Below, in pieces: positions 13,036 to 25,857 of a stretch of 64,000 bases of DNA; the stretch's first letter is position 1; each line of letters opens with the position of its first letter. This DNA is from Felis catus (Eukaryota): the NCBI RefSeq assembly GCF_018350175.1, contig NC_058368.1:190094001-190158000 (forward strand), read 5' to 3'. The notes beneath the pieces are model-generated. The model was not told where the DNA came from. It searched no databases and saw only the letters and a list, made by a program, of their open reading frames with translations. Position numbers and translations under genes: made by a program.

Positions 13036-13949
13036 GGAAGCTGATTCTTTTCCATTTGTGCAGATAAGGTAACTGAAGGCCAGAAATCTTACGTGGATTA
13101 TTTAAAATCATACAGCTATAAGGGTAGAAGCCTTATTGTCAAACTCCCTACTGAGACACAGGCAAGGTAGAGTAGTGGTTAAAAGCAGAACCTGGAGTTG
13201 GGCAGACTGGGCTTATTCCCTGCCTCTACCATTCCCTAGTCAAGTGTCCTTGAACAGGTTACTTAACCTCCCTGGGCCTCAATTTCCTCATCAGTATATG
13301 GGGACAACATGGCATATACCTCATCAGGCAAATTGGGGGATTCAGTGGGTTAATATAAGAAAAGCATCTGGCATAAAGCAGGTAGTTAATTACCACTGTT
13401 CCTACTAGAGTTTGCATAAATTGAGGTCTCCCGAGTGTTCATTGCACTGTAGGTGGGGTCTGCTACTTTAGAGAGACTGTTTCTGGCTGCCAGGACTCAC
13501 CAGGGCCTTGCAGGAGGGAGGCTAGGGATTGCAGCTCTTGGGAGCCCCTTCTTCAGCCCAAGTTCCCAGAAGGTGTGTGTTGGGGTGGGGGGTGTTCCTA
13601 CCCACCTTCCCCTGAGGACAGTCCTCTTAGTGCTGCCCGATCCAACAGTCTCCACATGTTTGCCTTCTCTCCCTGTCTCATGTCTAAGCTCAGAGGAATC
13701 CTTGCTGGAATTGTCACTTTGCAAAGCTAAGACAGGTCCAGGAAGAAAAGCTGGGGTAAGCAGCAAGCTTCGTGCAACGGACACCGGCTTTTGAGCCAGA
13801 TGATCCTTTTGAGTCAGGCTCTGACCCTTTCTACTTTCCTGATTTTAGCCACTTAACCCCTCTCGGACTGCATTTCTTCATTTGTAACATGGAGATAATA
13901 AGGGTGCCTACTTTCTGACTCTGCTGTGAGGTAGCAAGTAGTAATAACT

Positions 13950-14330
13950 AATGTTTGACAGGTGCTTACTACATAGCAGGCATTGTTCTTGCAGCCTGGG
14001 ATAACTAATGTCATAATAGACAAGGTCCTGCTCTCGTGGAGCCTCCATTCCAGAAGGGCTAGACTTGCTACAAACAAGCAAATAAATAACAAATCAGAGT
14101 ATGATAATCAATATAAAGAAAATAGTGTAAGGGGCAGAGAATGATTGATAAAATGGTTGGGGAAGGCTTTACTGAGGTGTGATATTTAAACTGAGATCCA
14201 ATTGACAAAGAGTGAACCATTAAAAAATCTGGGGGAAGAGCCTTCCAGAGAGAGGTAACAGCTAGTGCAAAGGCCCCGAGGTGCAAGCAAGCTTGGCTTG
14301 TTTGAGGGACAGAAGGAAAGCCCTTTTGAT
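13950..14330 (-). mobile_element. L2 fragment
   Basis: gtgcttactacatagcaggcattgttc...ggtcctgctctcgtggagc...tgcaaaggccccgagg. Confidence 0.75.
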
Positions 14331-14359
14331 GAGGAGGGGGGAGCGATACAAGATGAAAT

Positions 14360-14930
14360 CATCCACTCCTGGTATATACCCAAGAGAAGTGAAAACACAA
14401 AAACTTGTCCCACAAAACTTGCTCCACAAAAACTTGTACACAGATGTTCATAGCAGCATTATTCACAATGTCTCCAAAGTGGAAACACCCTATATGTCCA
14501 CCAACTGATAAATAGACACAGTTTGGCACATTCATTCAATGGAGTATTATTTGGCCATAAAGAGGAATAAGGTCATTAATCATGCCACAACATACATTAA
14601 CTTCGAAAACATTATGCTCAAACAGGTCAGACATAAAAGGACACATAAGATATGAAAGATCCAGAATGGGTAAATCTATAGAAGCAAAAAGTATATTAAT
14701 GGCTTCCAGAGGCTGGAGTGGTGGGGACTGAGTGGGGGCGGGCGGGGAGACAGAAATGTTGAGTGATTGTCAATGGATATGGGGTTTCTTTTTGGTGTGA
14801 TGAAAATGTTCTAGAATTAGATGATGATTGTCACACAACTTTGTGAGTATAAGAAAAACTGCTAAATTGCATACTTGTAAAGGATGAATTTTATGGTAAA
14901 TGGATTGTATCTCAATTTTCTAAAAAATCA
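14360..14930 (+). mobile_element. Old L1 (L1M-type) 3' fragment inserted in an L2
   Basis: atccactcctggtatatacccaagagaa...atagcagcattattcaca...aaaatgttctagaattagat...tgaattttatggt, typical of L1M 3' ends. Confidence 0.85.
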
Positions 14931-15543
14931 GAAGTCTGGATAGGGGCTAGCTTGAAGCTACACTTGAGTTTAGGGTTGGTACTGCTGTTAAGCCCATTAT
15001 TACAGAGGAGGGTCTTAACACATCCTGAAAGAGTACACAACTGGCCCAGGGCAACACAGCTACAAAGTGGCCAACCTGCTATTCACACCTCAGCTTTCTG
15101 GTTCAGATCCCAGTCTTTTATGTAAAGCTTTTGCATAGCCCAAGGCCTGGTAACATCCTATAAGTACTCAATATAGGCAACTGATGAATATATTTAGGGG
15201 CTGAGGTTTCAGTTTCCAAATTCTTGCCACTCCAGGGCTCTCATTGCTGGCCTCCACTTACTGAGCCGCACCTCTCCTGTCTCCTTCCAAGAGAAAGACC
15301 AATGACCAGGAGACTTGGCCTGTCCCCGTGGGCAGATCCATCGCAGTGGGCACCCAGGCCTCCGCCTCGGCAGCATGTTAACTTTCTGCCAACACAGTCA
15401 CACTGGAAATTCTGGTTTGTGAGCCGGGACTGGATGAAGAGCCACAAAGGAATCCAGAGCGTGGGTTAAGGTTTCTTCACTGCTTGTAAGGGGTCGGGGG
15501 TCGGAGGCTAAGTTACCCCTCTACCAGAGAACCTCTGCCCCAT

Positions 15544-15647
15544 GGGGATGGGGATGGGGATGGGGGCTGGGGGTTGGGGCGTGGGCAGAGCTACTCGCCT
15601 CCGGATTGGCTGCAGACCAAGGCTCTGGGCCAATAAAAAGCCACGCC
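15544..15647. promoter_or_regulatory. Candidate promoter/enhancer: G-tract array, two SP/KLF boxes, two CCAAT boxes
   Basis: GGGGCGTGG at ~15576-15584, ATTGG at 15605-15609, CCAAT at 15630-15634, CCACGCC at 15641-15647. Confidence 0.45.
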
Positions 15648-16489
15648 TTTTTTTTTTTTTTTTTTCCAGTTGAGCTAAAGATCTACTGGTGATAATTACC
15701 TGCATTTAGTTCTACAAAGAAATATGTAGATGTTTGTTTTGCGATCAGTCCAATAAATATGTGCCTCTCCATCTCGTGTCCTGCGTTCCCAGAAAACCTG
15801 GTCTGTACAGAGTGGTCGGACATTTAGTCACACACCCTAGCAGAACCACGAGTGAGTGGTCCTCATTTTAGGGAAGGTTCTGACTGGTGATTTTTAACTT
15901 TTTAAAGGCCCCCGCATCCCTTTAAGAATGTGACAAAAATTGTGAACACTTGCCCCAGAAAGACGCCCCCACCTATCTATACATACTCTTCACTGAATTT
16001 CACGGGGACTCAGGTTAATAACCCTTAGCTTTTGGCTAAAGGGGGAAAAATCCTAAATTTTTTAATTGTACACTTTTATTGAGGCTGCCCTTCATAAAGA
16101 ATAGTGCGCAAATGCTAAAATGTTGTGTGAAGATCACTGGATTTTTACATGTGCGTACAACCTCGAAGCTGTCATCCAGATACCACATAGAACGTTTCCA
16201 GCCTTCACAATGACCCAGGGAAATTTTGCCAAGACTCTCTGGAGTTCTTCACAATACCTTTCCTAACCAAGGCAGAGATAACTGCTCTCAATGTTACCAC
16301 CATCGCGGACACACAATGTGGTCACACCTATTGCTTTGTATGGGAGCTATTTGTTTAGGTGGCCATCTCTCATACCACACGCAGGCAACTTGGAAACAGT
16401 CTTGTTTTATTAATTCTGGCACCCCCAATGCTGATGACATGAGGCACCAAGACACGCAAGATGGGCACGCTGAACTAAACTGACATCCC

Positions 16490-16685
16490 AGGGCTCCTGG
16501 TATATCGGTTGGTTAAGCCCCCGATTCTTGATTTTGGTTCAAGTCATGATCTCGCGGTGGTGGGATTGTGCCCGGCGTCAGGCTCTATGCTAGCATGGAG
16601 CCTGCTCAAGGTTTTCTTTCTCTTTCCCTCTGCCCCTCTCCTCTGCTCTCTCTCTCTCTTTTAAAAAAAAAAAAAAAAAAAAAAA
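16490..16685 (+). mobile_element. SINEC
   Basis: gggctcctgg...gtcatgatctcgcgg...long A-tail. Confidence 0.85.
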
Positions 16686-17164
16686 GTCAAAAGATAAATT
16701 GAAGTCCTTTCTCTGGCTCTTACTGCCTTCTCTGATTAAGTCAGTCTTACTAATAATCACAGCTTCAAGTCTTTGAGTGCTAATCCCTGTGCTGCACTTA
16801 ACATACCTAACTTAACCTCTCACATCAGCTCTATGAGGTTATTGGTACTAACATTGCACACAGAGGTTTACTTAGGCTAAGACCAAGACCACAAAGTTGG
16901 TCAGTGGAAGCACTGGAATGCAACCCTGGGCCTGTGTGACACCAAGGCTCCACCATTGTATACTAACTTTCCTTTTAGCTCCAGTAGCAGGAGAGGGTAG
17001 GGGCAGGAGGGGGATGGGAGTCGAAGTTACAGGAAGGGGACATTGATTAGTGCTCTCTCTTATGCATCCTGATCCTAACTTCCTAAGGATGACCTCAGAG
17101 CTGTGACCCTACTCCTACCCCCTTTTTTTTGCTCAAAGTGCTGAGTTTCAATTGACATGTATGT

Positions 17165-17630
17165 CATTTTTTTTTTTTCTTGAAAGATTTTATTTTTAAA
17201 AGTACTCTCTACACCCAACGTGGGGCTTGAACTTACAACCCTGAGGTCAAGAGTTGCACGTTCTACTGACTGAGCCAGCCAGGCACCGCACCCCTAAATG
17301 TGTGGTTTTAAATTGTACAACTCATAATAACTTTTAATTTAAAAAAAATTGCAGTTCAGAAGGGTATAAAATAAAGGATAAAAGTCCATTGGCTATTCTT
17401 TTTTCTTTCTTTACAAATTTTTTTAAAAATGTTTATTTATTTTTGAGAAAGAGAGAGAGACAGAACATGGGGAGGGGAGGGCAGAGAGAGAGGGAGACAC
17501 AGAGTCCGATTCAGGATCCAGGCTCTGAGCTGTCAGCACAACGCCTGACGCGGGGCTCAAACTCACAAGCCATGAGCACATGATCTGAACCAAAGTCCCA
17601 CACTTAACAGACTGAGCCACCCAGGTGCCC
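17165..17630 (-). mobile_element. Two SINEs: short tRNA-like SINE 17165-17286 and SINEC 17420-17630
   Basis: Both end with gactgagcca(g/c)ccagg, the reverse complement of the SINE head. Confidence 0.88.
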
Positions 17631-18072
17631 CCCTCTGGCTGTTCTGTAGTCAAGAGGCAGTCACCACCACTAACAGATTCTTCAGCATCTATCCAGAAAT
17701 GACACACACATACTCACAAACCCTTTTTAAAAAGGGGATCACATTATACAGATTGGATTTCAAGTTTCTGTTTTCACCTTACAATGTATCTGGCAGACTT
17801 TTCCTTATTAGTATATATGAATATACTTTATTATTTTTAAAATGTGGCTTTTTAGAATTTCCTAATATATGAATATTTCATAACTTATTTAGTTACCTTT
17901 TTACTGATTATCAGTAGGACAGGTTGCTTTCAGGTTTCAGTATTATAAACTCTGCTATAATAGACTTTCTTGAACATGGGGTTTTACACATGTGACAGTT
18001 ACACCTGTAGGAGAAATTCTGGAAGTGAAATTGCTGGGGCAAAGGGTTTGATTATTTAAAATGTTTCCTCCT

Positions 18073-18300
18073 GGGGCGCCTGGGTGGTTCAGTCGGTTAA
18101 GCATCGGACTTTGGCTCAGGTCATGATCTCGGAGTTCGTGAGTTTGAGCCCCGTGTCGGGCTCTGTGCTAACAAATCAGAGCCTGGAGCCTGCTTCAGAT
18201 TCTGTGTCTCCCTCTCTCTCTGCCCCTCCCCTGCTCATGCTCTCTCTCTGTCTCAAAAATAAATAATAAAAGCGTTAAAAAAATTTAAATAAAATAAAAT
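18073..18300 (+). mobile_element. SINEC_Fc-like SINE
   Basis: ggggcgcctgggtggttcagtcggttaagc head; TSD taaaatgtttcctc. Confidence 0.93.
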
Positions 18301-18318
18301 GTTTCCTCCCAAAGGGCT

Positions 18319-18789
18319 TGTGCTAGGCTGAATATTAATTTACCCCTCCTCCCATAGCCACATCTAATCTCTGGAATCTGTGAATTTGTTACCTTACATC
18401 ATAAAAGGGACTTTACAGATGTGATTAATTTAAGAATCTTGAGGTGGGCAGATTATACTGGGTTATCCAAGTAGGCCCGATGTAATTACTAGAGTCCTTT
18501 TAAGGGGGTGCAGGGGGGTAGAGTCAGAGGAGAAGGGCATGTGAGGAGGGAAGCAGAGACCGAAGTGATGTGGCTATGAGCTGCAGCCTCTAGAAGCTGC
18601 AAGAGGCAAGGACTGTTCTCTGCGGTCTCCAGGTGGAACTGGCTCTGCTGACATCTTGACTTGAGCCTAGTGACCATGCTGGAAGACGTTGGTCTTCTGA
18701 GGTCTGTAATTGTAAGATAACACATTTATATTGCTTTAAGCCATTAAATTGGTGGTAATCTGCTAAAGCAGCAATATGAGACTAATACA
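18319..18789 (+). mobile_element. MaLR solo LTR (MLT1D-like)
   Basis: TG...CA termini with a perfect 5-bp TSD GGGCT (18314-18318 and 18790-18794); MLT1 motifs gttaccttacat, gatgtgattaa, aagccattaaatt, actaataca. Confidence 0.9.
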
Positions 18790-19827
18790 GGGCTGCATCC
18801 TCTTAGGCCAGAAGTTGTTAACCTGTTTAGATTCCTTTGAGAGTTTGAGGCTATCTATGAACCACTCTCTCTGAGAAGGAAAATAAAATGCACCTAGATG
18901 TGTGTCTACTATTTCAGGGCAACCATGAACCCCCAAAGCTTGTCCCTGAACTTCCTGAGGTTAGAGCAGTCCTTACAGAACCTCAGCATCCTCTTCCCTT
19001 GCCAGTTCCCCCAAGGCAGGCGGAGATTCCCATCTGTGGTCTCAGTTTGGAAAACATCAGATTGTTGGGGCAGGAAGAGTCCTTAGAGGTCATCTGGTAT
19101 CATACTCATTTTAAAGATGGAGAAAATGAGGCCCGAGGTAGAAAAACTAAGACTAGACCCAGGTCTCATGATACCTGGTCCTATGTACTCTTTGGTCTGC
19201 ATATTCTTTGTCAGCAAGGGAGGAGGAAGTATGGGAAGCATTCCTGGGCTTAGCTGGGGTGTTGGGAACACTTCAAGTTGCAGGTGAGGACAGTTAACTA
19301 ATCAACCGCAGACAGTAAAGGCCTCCCAAAGGCTGGCCTTCCCCTCTGTTGGGTGGGAAATGGTCAATTCAGGGACCCCTGGCCACAGGCTCCAGGTCCT
19401 ATGAATTAATTCTGGGTTTCTTTAAGCGAATGAGCCTTTCAAAAAAGGGCTGGGATGGGAAAATAGGTCCTGCCTTCTCCCCTTTGGTTTTTAGGAATAA
19501 CCCAATCTGATTTCCTGGCTTCATGATTTCTGGGATAGTATCCTCCAACGGATTTTTTTCTCCCTCCTCTAGGTTTTTCGTTCTTGAATCTGTTGGAAAA
19601 TAACGTTGGACTGAGTGAGGAGAAGGGGTAATGAGATCTTCCAAGATATGCTTTGACCTTCCCTGGGGAGTCCTGAGTGGAAACCCAGGTTGGAGAGAAG
19701 GAAATAGGGCCCTGGCTACAGAGGAAAAAATGAATGACCCTGGCTGGCTGAGCCCTCTTTTCTGAATCAGTGCCAGTCACTGAGCACTGACAATGTGCCA
19801 GGAGCTGTGCTAGTTGATTTGTGCATA

Positions 19828-20272
19828 CAGCAGTCCCCCACTAACCACAGGGGACATGTTTCAAGACCCCCAGTGGATGCCTGAAACCACTGGTAGTACT
19901 GAACCCTGTATCTATATATATACACTATGTTTTCTCCTAGTACATACCTATGATAATGTTTAATTTATAAATCAAACAGTAAGAGATTAACAATAATTAA
20001 ATGTAACAATTATAACAATACACTATAATAAATATGGATGTGATCTCTCTCTCTCAAAATACCTTCTTGTATTGCACATACCCTTCTTCTTGTGATGATG
20101 TGAGATGATAACGTGCCTATGTGATGAGATGAAGTGGGGTGAATGACATAGGCACTGTGGGGTAGTGTTAGGCTCCTACTGACCTCCTGACAGTCATTTG
20201 CTTCCAGACCATAGTTGACCACAGGTAGCTGAAACCATGGAAAACAAAATGGCAGATAAGGGGGAAATACTG
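19828..20272. mobile_element. Tigger-family MITE (MER44-like)
   Basis: Terminal inverted repeats cagcagtcccc.../...gggggaaatactg with TA target duplications; internal caagacccccagtggatgcctgaaacc. Confidence 0.85.
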
Positions 20273-20410
20273 TAATATTATTCTATCCTTGCAACAATCA
20301 CAGAAGTAGGTATTACCATTGTTACTATTCTTAATCCATAGAGAACCTAATATTTAGAGAGATTAAGAATCTGCTAGTTCCTGGCAGAGCTGGGTTTTCA
20401 ACCACTGAGC

Positions 20411-20628
20411 TTTTTTTTTTTTTTTAATGTTTATATGATTTTTGAGAGACAGAGAGAGAGTGAATGAGGAAAGGACAGAGAAAAGAGAAGGAGACAGAAA
20501 ATCCCAAGCAGGCTGTGCTCTGTCAGCACAGAGCCTGATGTAGGGTTCGAACTCATGAACTGTGAGATCATGACTTGAGCCGAAATCAAAAGTCAGACAC
20601 TTAACCGACTGAGTCGCCCAGGCACCCC
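20411..20628 (-). mobile_element. SINEC
   Basis: T-tail, GA-rich region, reverse head. Confidence 0.9.
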
Positions 20629-22351
20629 TCAACAACCAAAATTTAACCAGTCTCTTTCATCCTCATTCTTGGCTGAGAAGGGAGAAAGAGGGAGAAAATT
20701 ACCACCAGCAGGTTCTGCCTGCAGGCTATGTCCTACGCCTCATGCCCATCCACTACTCTGTTTCTTTCTCGTGTTTGTCCCTGTCCCCCCTGCTTCTAGT
20801 CCACCTCCACAGTCGACACTACGACCCTGTATAGGACAACTATAATGCTTACCGCCCACACCAATTAGTGCTTTATTCTCTTCCGTTTTACCATAGCTGC
20901 TGTCTTAAGGCGGGGTAACTTGTTGACACCGATTACATGGCAAGCTTTTCTGAGGGGGCAGGGGAATTGAGTCATTCATCAGACAAAGATGCCACATGTT
21001 CAATGTGTCTGTCGCCTGCTGTGAAAAGCACAGGCACTGTGAGGGTGAGCAAGACTGACTCAATCCCCCCACTCATGGACCGTATTCATTAAATGGTCAC
21101 GCAGTTCGCATTGAATCACAATTTTGATAAATGGCAAGAAGGTCAAGTACAGAATGCACAGAATGTATCTAACAGAGCACCTGGGACTTAGGTTTCCAAG
21201 AGGAAGGGCATGTGAAGCCAGACTTGAAGGATGACAGAGAGCCTTAGCCTGGGAAGACAGGGAGGTGGGGTGGGGAAGGGGCAAGCATTCCTGGCAGGCA
21301 GGGGCAGTGTGAGCATCGGGAGGACAAGGGAGAGCCTGAGTCCAGGATGAACTGAAAAAGGCCAGTGGTGTGGTTGTTTAACTTCTACTGTTTTCTGAGT
21401 CTGAGTCCTCATGTATAAAATGGGAATGCTGATTAAATGAGAGTATGTGGTAGCCAGGGATGGGTGCATCCTAGGCCGTCCTGCTGAGAGCCAGCCCCTT
21501 GCCCAGGGCAGCCACCTACGAGTCCAGCTCAGGGTCTGGCTCCATGGCAGAAAGTGTTTGAGAAAAGCCCCAAGCCCCAATGAGGAGGCTCTTTGATTTC
21601 CCCCTTTTTCGTTGGTCTGAAACTCCAGAAGGCAGAAATCCCTGGGTTTTATTCTGACTAATGAAGGCGGAGCTTAAGGCCTGCATATTTTTAGCTCTGA
21701 TAGCATCTCACAGCATATTTTCCCAGGGAAACCCTCCACTCTCCCCATTCTGCCGGAAGCTCTAGTGAGACAGTGCCACATCTGGGAGCGAGGGGGTGGG
21801 CTGAGAGGGGAGTGGACCGAGGAAATCAGGGTAAATCAAACCAGATGGGGCTGTGGGGACTGGTTTGGGGGGCTGGTTATTCTCCTCCTTGCCTAGAGGG
21901 AAGCAAATGGGTCTTTGTCCCTTTCTCCCTCCGTCTTTATTCACATTAGGCTAACTGAAGAAGGAGTAAGAGCTGACCGCCTCCAACCATCTGCAGGGTC
22001 TGGGTCAAAAGCGCCAAATATCATATGTCTCTAAATAATTAAAAGTTTTAAATCACACTATTGAACTATTAGAAAATATGCTCTCTCTTTCTAACAATGA
22101 AATATACTTTTATAACACAAAAGAAGTTATATGTCACACCGTGGGTTTTATACGACTGGAAGCTGGCAAAACTATCAAAGATGACTGAATTAATTATCAT
22201 TTGCATATTCCTGGGTGTTTTGTTGTTGGGCCAATGATGTGTGAACGGATAAAACAAATAGGTCATCCATAAGTCAATATGCATTTATGCTAGAAATTTT
22301 ATCTTTCTTGCCTTCATTTTAGCAACATTATATATTATGATCAAGATTCCC

Positions 22352-22524
22352 ACCACCTGGCTTTCTTGAGATATAACTGACAAATAAAAATTGTATATAT
22401 TTAAGGTGTACGATGTGATGTGTGGATACATGTGTATACTGTGAAATAATTGCCACAACCAAGTTAATTGACTCATTCATCACCTCACATAGTTACCTTT
22501 CCATTTTTGGTGTGGTGAGAACAC
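22352..22524 (-). mobile_element. Short L1MA-type 3' fragment inside the hAT fossil
   Basis: gagatataactgacaaataaaaattgtatatatttaaggtgtac...; flanked by direct repeat tatgatcaagatt. Confidence 0.8.
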
Positions 22525-22664
22525 TATGATCAAGATTTTCAAATTAGACCACCTTTCTTAAGTCACTGTAACTCTTTGTTTTTTTATTAATTTCAACTTG
22601 AAGAAATTCTGCTCTGATAAGGGGTGGCACCTGAAATCATCAATGGGTTTTTTTAGGGTGTGGC

Positions 22665-22690
22665 TTCTTTTATTTTTTTTAAGTTTATTT

Positions 22691-22734
<44 letters not shown>

Positions 22735-22897
22735 ACACAGGAAGAGGGGCACAGGGAGAGAGGGAATCCCAAGCAGGCTCCACACAGCTAGTGGAGAGCC
22801 TGATGCAGGGCTCAAACCCACAGACCTGGGATTGTGACCTGAGCCAAGCGAAGTTGGAAGCTTAACCGACTGATCAGGGGCACCATCCAGGTGCCCC
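22665..22897 (-). mobile_element. SINEC with (GA)n, inserted in the hAT fossil
   Basis: Reverse head ...ccaggtgcccc; (GA)n tract at ~22695-22731. Confidence 0.88.
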
Positions 22898-24704
22898 CAT
22901 CAGTAGGGTTTTTAAAGCAATACTTAGATGAAAAATTAAGCCAGGTATTTTACATATTACATTCAACTACTGTAAATAGGGGGTCACGTATAATTATTGT
23001 AACAGAAAATATTGCAAAACATTTTCATTTTATTATATAAATTTTATTATATAAGTGTTCCTTATGAAATGATTTTCACTGTCTCTTAAAGCAACTTCTG
23101 GAGCATATAGTATTTCTGTTATTTCAAGTTTTTCAGTTCTGGGATATTATAAGGAAACCTCCCTAAAAGCGGTATGTGGCTCAGTTTGTTCTGATCTTCC
23201 TCAGGACTATGCTCTGACCTATAATGGCCAAAAAACAGTTTGTAAACAAGTTAGTTTGACATTATTTGCATGTGAATCTTCTTAATCATGCAAAATATTT
23301 TTTGTTTCACTGTTTGGATTTCTTTATATTTCATTGGAATGGCATTTTTTGTTGCATTCTTCACATGCATTTTCATTTAGGGAAGCCAATTTCTCTAAAA
23401 TTTATAAAAATATATTTTAGTCCCCTTGAAGCAAATTCAACAAACCTAGATGCCTTTTTTTTTTTTTTGTAATGTTAACAATAGTAAGCAATTGTTCAGA
23501 CCAAATAACTATAGACACGTAAATTCACAATGAATTTTATTTTCCCTTAAGAACATGATTCACTCTTTGAGGATCTTCTGGGCCTTTATGTAAAGTTTTA
23601 GTGCATCTTTTACGTTTGTCTAAACTAAATCCAATTACTTTAATAGCATTTTGTCAGCAGTTCCATTGAGTGTCTGCGAGTGGTTTATAATGTGAAATCT
23701 GATATGTGTTTCGTCAAATATTCTAGCTTTGAACAACAGCTCCATAAACTAGTGTACGTAATCTTTTTTGCTTCAAAAAAGGGGACATCATCAGAGGCAC
23801 AGTTGTAGCCATGTTCTCTAGTAATAAATTCAAGCTGTGTGTGCTCATATATGTGGCACAAAAATGCTCTTGGATTTTCGGTTAAAATTGCCATTCTCAT
23901 TGGCTTGTCCTCTTTCCTCACCTAGGGGCCTCAAGCTTCCCCACTTTCCAAGCAGGACGCATCCCTGGTATCAGTGGCAGCACAATGCACAAAACTTCAT
24001 TACGCTTGTAGGCTTCTGCATTTTAGGACATGGGCAAGCAATGAGGGAAATGTTCTCCTGAGGCCTGAAAGGCATTGGGCACACAGTGGATGTTTAGGGT
24101 TACCAGTGCTGAAGCAGCACTGAGTATCAGATTGCCAGTGACACAGACGCATGATGCATGAATCTACTCAATAAATGCATCGTTTTGTAAGACTTTGACA
24201 TTCAGGGCCTGGTCAAGTGTAGAGCTAGGGACAGTGGCATGTTTAACCTAATTTAAGCCATTAAGGGTCAGGGCCTTTTCTTGGCCAATATTTGATGTGG
24301 GTAGATTCTTTCCCTTCAATCTCTTGGTGCATCTCCTTGTGTTCAGATTCTCATTTTTCAAGTTTAGGAAGATATGGAACCTCTTCCATGAAGTCCTCCC
24401 TGATATCGCCCTTACCCTTTCCATCTTAGCCCCAGCTGGAAAAACACTCTCTTTCCTCTGATCTTGAGAAATATTTGGTGTGCCTGTCTCGAGATCCCTT
24501 AGGATAGAAGTGCTGTGAAGTATATTGTTATATGCTTAGGGGTTAAGACCTTGGACCTGGATCCAGACTTACTGGACTTTGAATTCTAGAGCTCCATCCC
24601 TTACCCTCTTTGAGATCTGTGCCTCAGTATCTATATCTGTAAAGTGGGTGCAAATAATAGTGCCTACCTCCTATAAGTTGTCATATTTAAGTGAATAAAA
24701 ACTT

Positions 24705-24767
24705 ATTTTTTGTGTTTTTTAAATGTTTATTTATGTACTTAGAGAGACAGATAAAGGGAGAGAGAGA

Positions 24768-24812
<45 letters not shown>

Positions 24813-24938
24813 TCCCAAGCAGGCTCCACACTGCCAGCATGAAGCCTGATGGGGGCTTGAACCCATGAATCGTGAGATCATGACTGGAGCCAAAATCAAG
24901 AGTCAGATGCTTAACTGACTGAGCCACCCAGGTGCCCC
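24705..24938 (-). mobile_element. SINEC with (GA)n
   Basis: Reverse head gactgagccacccaggtgcccc. Confidence 0.9.
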
Positions 24939-25226
24939 TAAGAGCACTTTTCCTGATGCCTGGCATGAGAAAACTCAGTAAATAAATAATCTAGTGATTA
25001 TTAGAATCAACATATTCTCCTTTACATTCTTGTTCACTATGTGCATTTTAAAAAATCCTTTCTACAACTCCAGAAGTTCCTTTAGGTCTGTGGCCATAAT
25101 TGATTATATAGTTTTGCAAATAGTATTCAAGATGTGTTTCTCAAAGCAATGGCATCCCAGCCTTCGAACAAGTTCAGGGCCCCCAGAGGCAACGGCTTTT
25201 TCAGATCTAGACTTCCTCTTCTCTGG

Positions 25227-25735
25227 TGTTATAAACCAAATTGTGTTCCCTACTCCCAAATTCCTATGTTAAAATCCTAACCCCCAGTACCTCGGAATGG
25301 GACTGTACTTGACAACAGAGCCTTTATTTAACAAGGTCGTTTAGGTAAAATGAGGTCACATGAATGCATCCTAATGCAATATGCCTGGCGTCTTGCTAAG
25401 AAGAGGAAATCAGGACCCAAACACACCGGGAGGGAAGACCATGTGAAGACCACGGGAGAAGACGGCATCTAAAAGCCAAGGAGAGAGGCTTAGAAGAAAC
25501 CAGCCCTGCTCTGTGCTGATGGTGCAGAAACTGCTTGCGATTCTCTCTCCCTCTCTCTCTGCCCCTTCCCCCCAAAGATAAACTTTAAAAAAAAAATTAA
25601 AAAAAGAAGAAACCGACTCTGATGTTACCTTGCTCATGGATTTCTAGCCTCCAGAACCGTGAGAAAGTAAATCTCTGTTGTTTAAGCCACGTGGTCCGTG
25701 GTGTTTTGTTATGGCAGCCCTAGCAAATGAATACA
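25227..25735 (+). mobile_element. MaLR solo LTR (MLT1B-like) containing a partial SINE at ~25506-25605
   Basis: tatgttaaaatcctaacccccagtacctc...ctagcctccagaaccgtgag...tttaagccac...gttatggcagccctagcaaatgaataca. Confidence 0.85.
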
Positions 25736-25857
25736 CTCCTCTGCCCTATTCTCTCCCATCGTGAAAATGCTTCCCCTTTCCATCTGAAACCCTTCAGTAC
25801 TTGGGCAGGTCCCTGCTTCACAAATTGTGAAGTCAGTGGTCCTTCTCTTGTGGGAGT

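Larger units (their letters stand above)
22285..23920 (-). mobile_element. Fossil hAT DNA transposase (Tip100/Zaphod-like), C-terminal half, frameshifted and interrupted by L1 and SINE
   Basis: Minus-strand pieces in hAT order: ENPRAF.VP, HSLNLLLENMA, HISDFTL/KPLADTQW, VKDAL, VSIVIWSEQLLTIVNITKK, SEQNFFKLKLIKK, ERWSNLKIL, AKMKARKIKF. Confidence 0.8.

Noticed and set aside
17165..17286. tRNA gene (also 40095-40207)
   Set aside because: These are tRNA-derived SINE heads with A-tails, with no intact cloverleaf evident.
22285..23920. Domesticated (functional) transposase gene
   Set aside because: It has many frameshifts and stops and two nested insertions.
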